From: a virus
Taxonomy: Duplodnaviria; Caudoviricetes
Direction: 5' to 3' (one strand)
IMG/VR virus record: IMGVR_UViG_3300025132_000035
Coordinates: 1 to 63,720 of that record
DNA: 63,720 nt
Shown: positions 9,456-20,355 of the stretch, in pieces
Numbering within the stretch: position 1 is the stretch's first letter
How the letters are laid out: each line of letters begins with the position of its first letter
The notes under the pieces: generated by a model
Told to the model about the DNA's origin: nothing
What the model saw: the letters and a program-made list of their open reading frames with translations, nothing else
Database searches by the model: none
Translations under genes and position numbers: made by a program

Positions 9456-11404
9456 TGACTATAGTACGTAACAGTACCTTTTATGAGGATATTAAATTAT
9501 TGCAAGAATGTTCACAGATAGTTGTGGATGTTGAAACTAATGGTTTGAATCCTCATAAAAATCAAATCTGTGGTATTGGGATCGGTGAACCATTTCATGG
9601 TGGCAAATCACAGTATTATCCTTTTAGGCACCATCAAGGTGAGAACCTAACTCAAGACCATTTAGACATTTTGATAGGGTGTTTAAACGAACTAACTGAA
9701 TACATTGGCTATAATGTAAAGTTTGATTTATCTTTTTTAGAACAAGAGGGTTTAATACTAACCGATAAAATTTTAACTGATGTAATTGTTATGGTAAGAC
9801 TTACTGAACATTCGGAAGTTAGGGAGATGGGTTTAACACCAACTGGTAAAAGAAGGTATGGGCAAAAAGCTGTTGATTACGACATTGATACTAAAAAGTT
9901 TCTGCGATCTAACAAATGGCACAAAGATTTTTCAATGGCACCATCAGATATATTAGGCGAATACTGTAAAAAAGATGTGGAGTTAACAGCAAGATTATAT
10001 CAAGATTCTTTGGAACTTATAAAGAAAACCGAGCAAGAACAAGTATTTGCCCTAGAAAAGGCTCTGACAAAGGTTTTATACAGCATGGAGTCCAAAGGTA
10101 TCATTGTGGACAGAAAACACGCTGAAGGGTCGAAAAAACGCATTTTAGAACGTTTAAAAGAGATAGAGAGCCAGATATATTTACTAGCTGGCATGGAATT
10201 TAATATTTCAAGTTCACAACAAATTGACGCTATGTTTAAGACTATGGATATTTACTCACCTGTAAAAACAGCAAAAGGTGCTAACAGTTGGAACGAAACA
10301 GCTTTAGTAAACATAAACAACCCAATTGCTGGTTTGATACGTCAATACAGAACATTAGATAAGTTGAATTCTACTTATATAGAACCTTATATGGATGCTG
10401 ACATAATGCATACGACTTTTTGTAATTGGGGGACAACGACAGGTAGGCTTTCTAGTAGAAGCCCAAACTTGCAAAACATACCAAGAAACCATTTTAAACT
10501 GAGTAATATAGACTTAGATGAAAAAGGTATTGAAGAAGTTCGTGGCAGAATACACGCTATGTTAAATTCTAAAGGAAACAGTGTAACAGTAGAGTTATCA
10601 CCAGAGGTAATAAAGACTTGGGCATTTATTGGCGATGAAAGTTATGATGAAACTGATAAAAGCCAGATATCAATAAGGCGTTTGTTTATTCCAAGACCAG
10701 AATACAATCTTGTTTCTTTTGATTATAGCCAAATGGAAGTACGTGTTTTTTTAAGTTACTTTAGAAACGAGACTATTGATGAACTATTATTTAAAGATGA
10801 TGTAGATTTTCATGGTGAAGCTGCAAAATTAGCTTTTAATGTTACGGAATCTGATGATCAGTTTAAGTTTTATAGGCAAATGGCTAAAGGTATTACTTTT
10901 GGCACAATATATGGAATTGGGAATAATGCTTTAGCTAGACAATTAGGAACAACAGTAGATGAAGCTAGTAAGTATAAACAGAAATACTTTCAAGGTTTAC
11001 GAGGTTCTAAAGATTTTTTTGAGAGAGTAGTAAAAACAGTTGCAAGAAGGGGGTGGATTAAGAATAAATATGGTAGAAAGTATGAAATACCAAAAAATTT
11101 AGGGTATAAAGGAGTAAATTACCTCGTACAAGGTACCAGTGCTGATCTTCTTAGTGAAAGAATGATAAAAATAGGAAAATTTTTAGAAAACACGAGAAGT
11201 TATATGCTTTTACAAGTACATGATGAGGTTATTTTAGAAATACACGATAGTGAACTTGATTATTTGCCAAATAAGATTCGAGAATTGTTGGAACAAAACA
11301 GTTTAGACATTCCTTTGAAGGTTGATATGGAAATATGTACTCCATCATGGGCAAGTAAAAAAGATTTACAACCAGCAACATACCAGACAAGTTTTAATTT
11401 TTAG
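9455..11404 (+). CDS. polA: Family A DNA polymerase with 3'-5' exonuclease
   Basis: ExoI DVETNGL; TTTGRLSS..PNLQNIP; motif A DYSQMEVR; motif B RQMAKGITFGTIYG; motif C LQVHDEV. Confidence 0.95.
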   Translation: MTIVRNSTFYEDIKLLQECSQIVVDVETNGLNPHKNQICGIGIGEPFHGGKSQYYPFRHHQGENLTQDHLDILIGCLNELTEYIGYNVKFDLSFLEQEGLILTDKILTDVIVMVRLTEHSEVREMGLTPTGKRRYGQKAVDYDIDTKKFLRSNKWHKDFSMAPSDILGEYCKKDVELTARLYQDSLELIKKTEQEQVFALEKALTKVLYSMESKGIIVDRKHAEGSKKRILERLKEIESQIYLLAGMEFNISSSQQIDAMFKTMDIYSPVKTAKGANSWNETALVNINNPIAGLIRQYRTLDKLNSTYIEPYMDADIMHTTFCNWGTTTGRLSSRSPNLQNIPRNHFKLSNIDLDEKGIEEVRGRIHAMLNSKGNSVTVELSPEVIKTWAFIGDESYDETDKSQISIRRLFIPRPEYNLVSFDYSQMEVRVFLSYFRNETIDELLFKDDVDFHGEAAKLAFNVTESDDQFKFYRQMAKGITFGTIYGIGNNALARQLGTTVDEASKYKQKYFQGLRGSKDFFERVVKTVARRGWIKNKYGRKYEIPKNLGYKGVNYLVQGTSADLLSERMIKIGKFLENTRSYMLLQVHDEVILEIHDSELDYLPNKIRELLEQNSLDIPLKVDMEICTPSWASKKDLQPATYQTSFNF

Positions 11405-11418
11405 AGAGGAGTTAATAC

Positions 11419-11646
11419 ATGAAAATGTCACAAGCAAAAATAATAGAGAATTTGGTTTACAGTTCTAAAGAGCCAGTACCATCTTGGGGGCTACAAAAAA
11501 TTAACACCGAATGGGGTTGGTTAGGAACCTCAGCAGATAGAATAGCAAGAAAACTTGCTGAAGATGGCGTTTTAAACAGAGTCAGACATGGTAAATATGT
11601 ATACTATACACATGGTGATAAACAATTAGGATTTGACTGGGAATAA
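11419..11646 (+). CDS. Small winged-helix-like hypothetical protein
   Basis: GAGGAG RBS; SADRIARKLAEDGVLNR followed by a beta hairpin. Confidence 0.55.
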   Translation: MKMSQAKIIENLVYSSKEPVPSWGLQKINTEWGWLGTSADRIARKLAEDGVLNRVRHGKYVYYTHGDKQLGFDWE

Positions 11647-11648
11647 TT

Positions 11649-11903
11649 ATGAAATATAATGAAGATAAAACTATAACAGAAGTTGAAGAATATATAAGAA
11701 ATACATATGGTGAACACTATAGTGAGGGGGATATACAGACACTGGATTTTATTGAAGCGTGTGGGGATGCTATACCTTTTTGTAGGGCAAACATTTTGAA
11801 GTACGCTTCTCGGTATGATAAAAAGGGAAGTCCAAGAAAAGATATATTTAAGATAATACATTATGCTATGTTATTATTACATTTTACAGAAAAGGAGAAC
11901 TAG
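11649..11903 (+). CDS. DUF3310-like phage protein
   Basis: HY....IQTLDFI......FCRANILKYASRYDKKG....DIFKIIHY motif. Confidence 0.75.
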   Translation: MKYNEDKTITEVEEYIRNTYGEHYSEGDIQTLDFIEACGDAIPFCRANILKYASRYDKKGSPRKDIFKIIHYAMLLLHFTEKEN

Positions 11904-11904
11904 A

Positions 11905-12114
11905 ATGGCAAAGGTAGGAGTAAAATTAGGTTATACTAAAAAGATAGGGGAATCTGATTTTTTAAAGGCTGATATTAGTATTGGAGAAATTGACACAGAT
12001 CAACCATTGGATATTCAATTAGGCAGTTCCGAAGATTACTTAAAAGCACTAATAGAAATGGCTAAAGAAAATATTAATGCCCAATTTAAACAACAGAAAA
12101 AGGATGCTGAATGA
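11905..12114 (+). CDS. Hypothetical protein
   Basis: AAGGAG RBS before ATG 11905 (the ORF track extends it to 11863). Confidence 0.65.
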   Translation: MAKVGVKLGYTKKIGESDFLKADISIGEIDTDQPLDIQLGSSEDYLKALIEMAKENINAQFKQQKKDAE

Positions 12115-13031
12115 CAAAAAAAGTAAAACCCATAAACTTTATTCGTGGTGACAGTAAAGAATTAGAGTTTGGTCGTATACCATTCAACATAAGAATTTTA
12201 GACGATCTGATCGCTGGGGGGATACCAAGAAAACATTTTACTATTATAAGTGGTATGCCCTCTGTTGGAAAAACGTACCTTGCATATAAATTAGCAAGAA
12301 GCGTTATTAACGAAGATAAAGAGAAAGTTTACTGGATAGATGCTGAAGACTCACATCAACCAAGTTGGGCAGAACACTGTGGTGTTGATACCACTATGCT
12401 TCAAGTATTTCAGCCAACCCATGCAGAGGAAGCATACGAAGCTATTAGATCAGCGATACACGACAACGCTAGTTTAATAGTTTTGGATTCTATAGCTTCT
12501 TTAGTGCCAACAGCAATGTTAGAACAAGATTTTGAGTACAATCCTATAGGGTTGTTGGCTAGAAGTCTAAGTGCTAATTTACCTAAAATTGCTGCTGATC
12601 TTAGGGAATCCCAAAACTCTACTTTAGTTGCTATAAACCAATTGAGGTCTGCTATATCGCAATATGCCCCAGACACTCTTGTTGGGGGAAGGGCGCAATC
12701 ATATCAGGCACATTTAATGTTAGAGTTAAGGAAAGAAGGGTACATGACTGTTGATAAAGAACGTCAAGGTCATTACATAAGAACTAAGTTAACGAAAACA
12801 AAAGTTGGTGGGAAAACAGACAGTTCAGTTCTTATACCATTTCATTATGAGGGTGGGATTGACAACGTTGAGATATCAATAGAAGCTGCATTGAAAAAGA
12901 AAATTATTCAAAATTCTGGGGCTTGGTACTATTACCAAGATAATAAAATACAAGGTAGAATTAAAGTAAAAGATTTTTTTGATGATAACCCAGAACTTTA
13001 TAAGGAACTAGAAATTGAACTTGCCACATAA
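12111..13031 (+). CDS. recA: RecA/UvsX-like recombinase
   Basis: GGIPRK; Walker A GMPSVGKT; WIDAE; LIVLDSIASLVP; INQLR; GGRA; GAWYYY. Confidence 0.9.
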   Translation: MTKKVKPINFIRGDSKELEFGRIPFNIRILDDLIAGGIPRKHFTIISGMPSVGKTYLAYKLARSVINEDKEKVYWIDAEDSHQPSWAEHCGVDTTMLQVFQPTHAEEAYEAIRSAIHDNASLIVLDSIASLVPTAMLEQDFEYNPIGLLARSLSANLPKIAADLRESQNSTLVAINQLRSAISQYAPDTLVGGRAQSYQAHLMLELRKEGYMTVDKERQGHYIRTKLTKTKVGGKTDSSVLIPFHYEGGIDNVEISIEAALKKKIIQNSGAWYYYQDNKIQGRIKVKDFFDDNPELYKELEIELAT

Positions 13032-13329
13032 AGATTTCACTAAACAAGAGCAAACAATTGCTAGTGTGTTAGATGAACTTGGATTACGCTATGTTCAACA
13101 AGAACAGTTTTTTAATTATTTCGTAGATTTTTGGTTGCCAGAATTATTGATGGTTGTTGAGGCTGATGGTATGTATGGTCATTTTGGAAAACGTGAGAAA
13201 AAGCGAAATGAAGCATTGCTTACTGTAAGTGTTATAGATCATGTATTACACATTAAAGCCACAAGCAAAAAAGAAATAAAGGAAATATTATGCAAGGAGA
13301 TCGACAAGATATCTGGCTCGTTGACTTAA
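13015..13329 (+). CDS. DUF559/Vsr-like endonuclease
   Basis: YFVDFWLPELLMVVEADGMYGH....R...L motif. Confidence 0.75.
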   Translation: MNLPHKDFTKQEQTIASVLDELGLRYVQQEQFFNYFVDFWLPELLMVVEADGMYGHFGKREKKRNEALLTVSVIDHVLHIKATSKKEIKEILCKEIDKISGSLT

Positions 13330-13919
13330 TTGACGAGCATTTGTATTCGACATTCAATCCACCAACAAAAGGGGTATTTTATCCATCTACACTAAGTAAT
13401 AAATGCGATAGGGCAGTTTGGTTGGCTTATCATGGGCATATGCCAGAACTACCACTACCTTCTAATTTAGCAAGAATATTTCAAAATGGTTCTTCATTAG
13501 AAGATAGAGTGTCTAAATGGTTTACCGATCTGGGAATTTTACAAGATCGAGAGGTAGTTGTTAAAAATGATGACCCACCAATCTCAGGTCGTATAGACTT
13601 TATAATAAACCACAAACATTATGGACTAATGCCAGTAGAATTAAAAAGTATTAACACTGCTGGTTTTTCTAAACTAAAGGGTGCTAAAGAAGATCACTAC
13701 ACACAACTTCAAATATATCTTAATTTAGCTGAGTACCCAATAGGTACAGTTTTATATGAAAATAAGAACGACCAAAAGATAAAAGCATTTTTTGTAGAAC
13801 GTGATGAGGAATTTTGGTCTATGATGGTTAGAAGGTGTTTAAACATCTCTAACATGAAAAAACCACCAGAAAAATGTGGTGGTTTATTCTACTGTAATTG
13901 TAGGCAAGTAAAAATATAA
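13290..13919 (+). CDS. Cas4-like PD-(D/E)xK exonuclease
   Basis: YPS.L..CDR; GRIDF; VELKS; QLQIY; C-terminal Cys cluster C....YC.C. Confidence 0.8.
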   Translation: MQGDRQDIWLVDLIDEHLYSTFNPPTKGVFYPSTLSNKCDRAVWLAYHGHMPELPLPSNLARIFQNGSSLEDRVSKWFTDLGILQDREVVVKNDDPPISGRIDFIINHKHYGLMPVELKSINTAGFSKLKGAKEDHYTQLQIYLNLAEYPIGTVLYENKNDQKIKAFFVERDEEFWSMMVRRCLNISNMKKPPEKCGGLFYCNCRQVKI

Positions 13920-13923
13920 AACC

Positions 13924-14460
13924 ATGAAAATTATACCTTATACAGAAGAAATGATACAAAAGGCTCGTAAAAAAGCATTTGAGTTAGGTAAATTAAATAA
14001 TTCTATTACTCGTGGCAAAGGAAATATAGCTGGATATTTAGGTGAAGAAGCAGTTGCTAGTTATATTAGTGCTAAAATAGTAAGTAATGATGTTGGTACA
14101 GATAAATTTAATCATGATTTATTGAAAGATAATTTAAGGATAGAGGTAAAAACTAAAAGACGTACTGTACCACCTAAAGATTTTTATGATGTTTCTATAG
14201 CTGAATCAAGTTTACATCAAAAACCAGACTTATACATTTTTGTTAGTTTACAGTTTAAAGAATCTTTTAAAGATAAAAATGGGGAAATTAGGTATAAGGA
14301 ACTAGAAAACGTTTGGTTATTAGGGCAGAAAGAACCTGATGAGTATTTGAAAATTGCTGTTGTATGGAAATCTGGAGATATAGATAAAAGCAATAGTTTT
14401 TTTACTCATGAAACTATGTATAATGTAGCTATTAAAGATTTAGATACGATAAATAAGTGA
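13924..14460 (+). CDS. PD-(D/E)xK nuclease-fold protein
   Basis: GYLGEEAV...HDL....IEVKT motif. Confidence 0.6.
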   Translation: MKIIPYTEEMIQKARKKAFELGKLNNSITRGKGNIAGYLGEEAVASYISAKIVSNDVGTDKFNHDLLKDNLRIEVKTKRRTVPPKDFYDVSIAESSLHQKPDLYIFVSLQFKESFKDKNGEIRYKELENVWLLGQKEPDEYLKIAVVWKSGDIDKSNSFFTHETMYNVAIKDLDTINK

Positions 14461-14473
14461 AGGGTATAGAACT

Positions 14474-14932
14474 ATGATTTGGGATAGTAAAACTATTATA
14501 GATGACGTTACTGAAGAATATAATTTATATCAACTTCCTAGTTTTGGTGATGATGAAGAAATACCATTTGAGTCATTACGAGAATGTAGCAAAGAAGAAC
14601 TACAAAATTTATTTTTCCAATTCTCGCAACAAAAAATTTATATTGAGGAAATAAAAGCCATTCGAGAGTCTGAATTACATATCCAACAAGAAACTTATGG
14701 TCAGGAATATCAAATTGCTTTATACAATATTTCTAAAGAATATAAAGATAAAGGCATTAAGAAACCAACACAAGACGAGTTAAAAGCTGAGGTTGTGGCA
14801 AGAAACGAACAGTTAAGGAATATGAATAAAGAAATAATACACAATAAAAGTTTATTAACTAGGATAAAAGGCTTGTCAGAAAAAGTTTCTACTAAGTACT
14901 TTACCACTAAAGATTTTTTAAATAGGTTATGA
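14474..14932 (+). CDS. Helical hypothetical protein (UvsY-like position and shape)
   Basis: Coiled-coil protein in the recombination cluster. Confidence 0.4.
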   Translation: MIWDSKTIIDDVTEEYNLYQLPSFGDDEEIPFESLRECSKEELQNLFFQFSQQKIYIEEIKAIRESELHIQQETYGQEYQIALYNISKEYKDKGIKKPTQDELKAEVVARNEQLRNMNKEIIHNKSLLTRIKGLSEKVSTKYFTTKDFLNRL

Positions 14933-15396
14933 ATTATTTAGGCATAGACTCATCAACACAGGCTATTCATTGTGTCGTTATAGACGACAAAGAACGTCTT
15001 ATTTCAACACAAAAGTTTTTTAGTAAAGGCAAGAAAACCTTAGACAGATTCCCAGAAATGATGGTAGGGTTTTTTGATTTTATTAGTACAATAAATAATA
15101 TATCATCAGTTGCTATAGAGGATTCAATACAGGCTCGTAATGGAGTTACAACGAAAACATTAGCAAGAGTTGTCGGTGGTGTTCACACTTGTTGTGTACT
15201 GAGTGATATTGAAACTGTTTTAATACATTTAGCGACTTGGAAAAAAGAAGTTATTGGTAGAGGAAATGCTACCAAATCAGATATATTAGAATTTGCTATA
15301 GAAAAGTGGGGAAATTGTTTCCCAGAACAAGATTATGCCGATGCAGCTTGTGTCGCATTATGGAATAAGAGGAGATCAAATGGCGAAAAGTGTTAA
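14929..15396 (+). CDS. ruvC: RuvC-like Holliday junction resolvase
   Basis: YLGIDSS; VAIED; TWKKEVIGRGNATK; DYADA. Confidence 0.85.
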   Translation: MNYLGIDSSTQAIHCVVIDDKERLISTQKFFSKGKKTLDRFPEMMVGFFDFISTINNISSVAIEDSIQARNGVTTKTLARVVGGVHTCCVLSDIETVLIHLATWKKEVIGRGNATKSDILEFAIEKWGNCFPEQDYADAACVALWNKRRSNGEKC

Positions 15397-15880
15397 AAAA
15401 TTACGACCAGAAATACAAGTAAATTTTTACGATCCATTAAAGAAAGAAAAAAAAGAATATAAAGATACATTCCCAGATGACTTACCAACCCTTGAAGATG
15501 TAAAACAAAAACATGGTACTGTAGTTTGGTGTCAGTACACAGGTTGTCGCAACTATCAAGAAATAAAAGATTTACAAAGAACCTCTGGAAAGTTACTAAA
15601 GAACCGAACTTACAAACCATTAGCAGAACAAGAAGCGATATGGTCAGGGATATGTACAAGGGATGAAATTGGTATGGCATTTAATGTTGTAATTACATCA
15701 AATAATAATAAATTTAAAGTGCCACATTGTTTCGTAGCTTCCACAAGAAAAACAGGTCATATTGACTTCAGTAAATTTCTTAACAGTGATGGAAGCCCTA
15801 TTGGTGGTAGCATTGAAAGTAGACCAGCAGATTTGTCTGGGTATGACATACTTCAAGGCAATAACATCTGGGGCGTATAA
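15380..15880 (+). CDS. Hypothetical protein with four Cys
   Basis: GAGGAG RBS before ATG 15380 (the ORF track starts at 15335). Confidence 0.65.
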   Translation: MAKSVKKLRPEIQVNFYDPLKKEKKEYKDTFPDDLPTLEDVKQKHGTVVWCQYTGCRNYQEIKDLQRTSGKLLKNRTYKPLAEQEAIWSGICTRDEIGMAFNVVITSNNNKFKVPHCFVASTRKTGHIDFSKFLNSDGSPIGGSIESRPADLSGYDILQGNNIWGV

Positions 15881-16377
15881 TGCCTAAGAAAACACCAGAT
15901 AGTATTAAACTCCAAGCTATGGAGTTGTTTGTAACAGGTAATTATACTGCTAAAGAAATAGCAGAAAAAATCTCAACAAAAGAACATAAGATTAAACCAG
16001 TTACTATTTATGCTTGGGCTAGGAGAGAAAACTGGAACGAAAGAGCAGTAATAGCTAAAGTTGAAGAACAAGAGAAAATCGTTAAAAACGATGCCAAAAG
16101 GTTTAACCAGCTTCAAGAAAAACAACTTGAAGCATACACAAAATTAGCAAACAAGGGAGCAGTTTCGCTTGACTACCTTGAGTTTGACAAGGCTTTAGAC
16201 GCTTCTAGGGCAATGGATTTAGGTATAAGAGGACAGAGAGACGTAATGCAAGGCATGGTAAACTTGCAGTTCGTTCAGGATTTACTAGGTATACTGGTAG
16301 ATGAAGTGAAAGACCAAGATCAGCTTAATAGAATTGCGACTAAAATGAAAACACTTGTTCAAAGTCAAGGGGAATAA
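15880..16377 (+). CDS. terS: Terminase small subunit
   Basis: N-terminal HTH (AKEIAEK...TIYAWARRENW); immediately upstream of TerL. Confidence 0.75.
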   Translation: MPKKTPDSIKLQAMELFVTGNYTAKEIAEKISTKEHKIKPVTIYAWARRENWNERAVIAKVEEQEKIVKNDAKRFNQLQEKQLEAYTKLANKGAVSLDYLEFDKALDASRAMDLGIRGQRDVMQGMVNLQFVQDLLGILVDEVKDQDQLNRIATKMKTLVQSQGE

Positions 16378-17993
16378 TGGCGAAAGAATTAATCACAATA
16401 GAATCAGCTTTTAATATGCTTTCTGACGCTTTAGTAGAACAAGAAAAATATCAAGTTGGTTCGTTTAGAGATTTCCTACAAAATGTTTGGTGTTATAGTT
16501 ATGACAACCCAGAGTATTTTCAGGCTTGGCACGTTGGTGTTTTAGCAGATGATATAGAAGAATGTCTAGAAACTGGAATGAATTACTTGGCTGTTTTGCC
16601 AAGATTTCATTTTAAGTCAACAATACTTGGACACGCTTTTTCTGTTTGGCGATTAATGTCTGCATCAAGAGATTCAAGTATTTTGTATTTATCGTATTCT
16701 GATACTATGGCTCGATACCATATATCAGAGATAAATAAGGGTATATCAAGAAATCCGATCTTAACAGATTTAATAAAGAAACGAAATGCCCAAGCAGACT
16801 TTTCTGGTAGATACTATATTAATAAAAGACCAGTAGAAGTTATGCATGGTGGGTTGTTTTCATTCAAAAGAGGTATGCACGTTAATGGTGCTTTGATTGC
16901 AGATGACATACTTAGAGACCCTGAAAACCCATTAAACTTTGGGCAAATAACTAAAGTAGAAGATCACTTCATGACTGAATCTTTGTTTATTCCATTAAAG
17001 GGTGTACCAGTTATTGTTTTGGGAACCCCTATGATGCCCGGTGACTTAATAGCTAAACTGCAACAAGATAAAAGATTTAAGTCTAGGGTGTTACCAGCAT
17101 TAGACCCAATACCCGGTAGAAGGGTGTTAATGCCAGAGTTATATAGTGAACAATGGTTATTAGATCAACAATCTGCTAGACCAAAATCATTCGCATCAGA
17201 ATTTATGCTTACCCCTCATTTTGCAACAGAAGCATATTTTGATCCAGAAGATGTAGACAAATGCATTGATAATACTTTGCGAAACCATTCACCAAATATG
17301 GAATTTCATTTAGAAGTTGGGGATGAAATTTATGGTGGGTTTGACGTTGGTAAAAAACGACATCCATCACACTTAGTATTATTTAGAAAACGTGGTGAAA
17401 AGGTTGAACAAGTACATCAATCATTTTTACAAGGTTGGTCTTACAGTGACCAGATAGCTTACCTAAATGAAGTAGCTGAAAATTATAATTTATCTTATGG
17501 GTTTATAGATAACACTAGAGGTGAATTAGAAGATAGGGGTTTAGACAATAGATGGAGAGCCATGCATTTTACTGCTAAAAGTAAAAGGACAATGGCACAA
17601 GTATTAGAAACATTTGTTCATTCGAACAACTTAAAAATATTAGATGATGAACGACAAAAACAATCTTTACTTTCAGTAAGTAATGACTTAAAAGCACCTG
17701 ATACCCCTATGGGGCATGGAGATGCATTTTTTAGTATTGCAATGGCTTGTCAGGCTATACATGATCGCAATGCTTATAATTTTTCGAGTTTAGGTTCAGC
17801 TTCCGATTGGTTTGGGGCAAATAATCCTCAAGATAATTCACAGAAAGAGTTTGAGTCAAAGTTTAAACCTGTTAATGAACTAGCAACAATAGATGGCGCA
17901 CCAGACCCAACTTGTACTGATGTAGCGTGTATACCATCTTTTTGGGTTCCTGAACGAGGTTTGTGTTTATATTGTGGTTATCGTAAAAAATAG
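16377..17993 (+). CDS. terL: Terminase large subunit
   Basis: Walker A LPRFHFKST; RGMH; Walker B LIADDIL; GTP; nuclease GFDVG and HGDAFFS. Confidence 0.9.
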   Translation: MAKELITIESAFNMLSDALVEQEKYQVGSFRDFLQNVWCYSYDNPEYFQAWHVGVLADDIEECLETGMNYLAVLPRFHFKSTILGHAFSVWRLMSASRDSSILYLSYSDTMARYHISEINKGISRNPILTDLIKKRNAQADFSGRYYINKRPVEVMHGGLFSFKRGMHVNGALIADDILRDPENPLNFGQITKVEDHFMTESLFIPLKGVPVIVLGTPMMPGDLIAKLQQDKRFKSRVLPALDPIPGRRVLMPELYSEQWLLDQQSARPKSFASEFMLTPHFATEAYFDPEDVDKCIDNTLRNHSPNMEFHLEVGDEIYGGFDVGKKRHPSHLVLFRKRGEKVEQVHQSFLQGWSYSDQIAYLNEVAENYNLSYGFIDNTRGELEDRGLDNRWRAMHFTAKSKRTMAQVLETFVHSNNLKILDDERQKQSLLSVSNDLKAPDTPMGHGDAFFSIAMACQAIHDRNAYNFSSLGSASDWFGANNPQDNSQKEFESKFKPVNELATIDGAPDPTCTDVACIPSFWVPERGLCLYCGYRKK

Positions 17994-18006
17994 GAGGAAA
18001 AAAGTA

Positions 18007-19869
18007 ATGACAACTGTATCAGTAGTATCTGAACAAGCAGAAGTTATATTAAATCATAGATATTATCTTAAAGATAATAACAATCAAGTAGTAGAAGATG
18101 CTAGTGCTATGTTCAATCGTGTGGCAAAAGCTGTGGCTGCCATCGAAAATCACTACTATACCTTACCTGTGGAAGCAGACTTAGTGGCATTAAATTTTTG
18201 GACAATGATGAAAAACTTAGAGTTTGTTCCCAATAGTCCAACGCTAATGAATGCTGGAACCGAACAAGGAACGCTGTCAGCGTGTTTTGTTTTACCATTA
18301 GAAGATTCTATGGAAGGAATTATGAAAGCTGCGACAGACAGTGCTATGGTGCAAAAGTTTGGGGGTGGTACAGGATTTGCATTATCTAAGATAAGACCAA
18401 AAGGCGATAGCATTAAAACTACACATGGGATAGCTTGTGGGGCAATTGAGGTGTTAAAAACACTTAGTAGAGTCTCATCAATGATAACTCAAGGTGGAAA
18501 ACGAGATGGGGCGAATATGGCAGTTATGTCGGTTTACCATCCTGATATTCTTGATTTTATTTCTTGCAAATCTGTTGAAGGCGATATCCATAATTTTAAC
18601 ATATCAGTGGGTGTTGATTCTCATTTTATGGAGTGTGTTGTAAATAAACTAAACTACAATTTAATCAACCCAAAAGACAATACTATTGTTGGTCAATTAC
18701 CAGCACAAGAAGTATTTTACAAAATAATTGAAGGGGCTTGGCGTAATGGTGAGCCGGGTATGGTATTTTTAGATACAATTAATCGTGACAATCATGTTTC
18801 GGATAGATATGGCGATATGATTGCAACCAACCCTTGTGGTGAGCAACCCTTATTGCCAAACGAAAGTTGTAACTTGGGATCAATAAACTTAGACAAATTC
18901 TTCATACCTTACGAAGGTGGATTTAAAGATGTTAAAAATAGATGGGAAGGTCAAATAAACTGGGAAAGACTAGAAGAAGTCACTAGACACGCTACTAGAT
19001 TCTTAGACAATGTTATTGATGCTAACTATTACGCAACACCTGAAATAGAAGAAATGACGAAATCCACTAGAAAAATAGGGTTAGGTGTTATGGGATTTGC
19101 AGATTTATTAACACAGTTACGAATTCCATATAATTCTGAGTTAGCTAGAACTGTGGGCAATAGAATTATACATCAAATTAGAATGTGGTCTGATAATGAA
19201 AGTATACAACTAGCAAAAGTTAGGGGGGTATTCCCAGCTTTTAAAGATAGTAACTACAGTGTAGATCAAGAATATAGAAACCATTGCAGACTTACAGTAG
19301 CACCTACTGGGACTATTAGTATGATTGCAGACTGTTCTAGTGGCATTGAGCCAACATTCGCATTGGCTTGGAAGAAGCAAAACATACTAGAAGGTAAAAC
19401 GCTAAACTATATAAACAGCCATTTTGAATCCGATGCTAGAAAATATGGTTTTTATTCAGAAGAACTTATGAACTATTTAGCTGAGGGTGGTTCTTTACAA
19501 GATGCAAAATTTAAAATGCCTGATTGGGTAAAACAAGTATATGTAACAGCCCCAGAAATATCACCAAAAGATCATGTGTTAATGCAATCTGTTTTTCAAG
19601 AACACGTGGATAGTGGTATTAGCAAAACAATAAATTTTCCTAACAACGCTACTCTTGATGATGTCGAACAGGCTTATATGTTAGCTTGGCAGTCTGGGTG
19701 TAAAGGTATAACTGTTTATCGTGCTGGTTCTAGGGATAAAGAAGTATTAGTAAAAGGAACATCGGAAGAATCAAGTACTGAACCATGTTGTGAAAACCAA
19801 TACATAGTAGAAGAATCAGGTTGCCAAACTTGTAAATCTTGTGGTTGGTCTGCTTGTCTAATTGCATAA
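18007..19869 (+). CDS. nrdJ: Class II (adenosylcobalamin-dependent) ribonucleotide reductase
   Basis: [10 protein letters not shown]; LSACFV; TNPCGEQPL...ESCNLGS; APTGTIS; ISKTIN; C-terminal CxxC..CG.S.C; AGGAGG RBS; no beta subunit gene seen. Confidence 0.92.
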   Translation: MTTVSVVSEQAEVILNHRYYLKDNNNQVVEDASAMFNRVAKAVAAIENHYYTLPVEADLVALNFWTMMKNLEFVPNSPTLMNAGTEQGTLSACFVLPLEDSMEGIMKAATDSAMVQKFGGGTGFALSKIRPKGDSIKTTHGIACGAIEVLKTLSRVSSMITQGGKRDGANMAVMSVYHPDILDFISCKSVEGDIHNFNISVGVDSHFMECVVNKLNYNLINPKDNTIVGQLPAQEVFYKIIEGAWRNGEPGMVFLDTINRDNHVSDRYGDMIATNPCGEQPLLPNESCNLGSINLDKFFIPYEGGFKDVKNRWEGQINWERLEEVTRHATRFLDNVIDANYYATPEIEEMTKSTRKIGLGVMGFADLLTQLRIPYNSELARTVGNRIIHQIRMWSDNESIQLAKVRGVFPAFKDSNYSVDQEYRNHCRLTVAPTGTISMIADCSSGIEPTFALAWKKQNILEGKTLNYINSHFESDARKYGFYSEELMNYLAEGGSLQDAKFKMPDWVKQVYVTAPEISPKDHVLMQSVFQEHVDSGISKTINFPNNATLDDVEQAYMLAWQSGCKGITVYRAGSRDKEVLVKGTSEESSTEPCCENQYIVEESGCQTCKSCGWSACLIA

Positions 19870-19889
19870 TCAGTAAATAACCACAATAA

Positions 19890-19899
19890 TAGTATAATA
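19890..19899 (+). promoter_or_regulatory. Putative late promoter TAGTATAATA
   Basis: Recurrent intergenic motif with no TTGACA; upstream of the portal operon. Confidence 0.6.
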
Positions 19900-19924
19900 T
19901 AAATAGAAAAGTATAGGAGATGTT

Positions 19925-20353
19925 ATGGCTATAGGCAATATTTTAGATGGTGGAGACCAACAGTATGTAGCTGTTAAAGACACCACAGGTACTTGGAGAG
20001 TGTTAAATACTTGGCATAATGATTTAAAATTATTAGATGCTGACTCTGATATACCTGATGATTCTGAAGCAATAACAATTTTAAGTGAAGGTCAATTTAT
20101 TGCTTTAATAAAAGAAGCTGCAAGTCAAGGTGTTTTATCGAACGCTACTTTCAGTGCTAATACAGAAGAACTAGAGAATGAATTGGCTAATGTTTGTAAC
20201 GAACGAGATCAGTTAAAAGAAGAATTAGATAAAGTTAATAGTATCCAAAGTAAACCAAAACGTTCGGAGAAATACGATCTAAAGGAAAAGGCTATGGACA
20301 GCATACTAAAACTAGTTTCAATGCAAGACATGGCTGATCTAAGTAAGGAATAA
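19925..20353 (+). CDS. Hypothetical protein with coiled coil
   Basis: AGGAG RBS; precedes portal. Confidence 0.75.
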   Translation: MAIGNILDGGDQQYVAVKDTTGTWRVLNTWHNDLKLLDADSDIPDDSEAITILSEGQFIALIKEAASQGVLSNATFSANTEELENELANVCNERDQLKEELDKVNSIQSKPKRSEKYDLKEKAMDSILKLVSMQDMADLSKE

Positions 20354-20355
20354 AC

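Noticed and set aside
13290-13919. Cas4-like gene as part of a CRISPR-Cas system
   Set aside because: No repeat-spacer array or other cas genes seen; solo Cas4-like nucleases are common in phage recombination modules.
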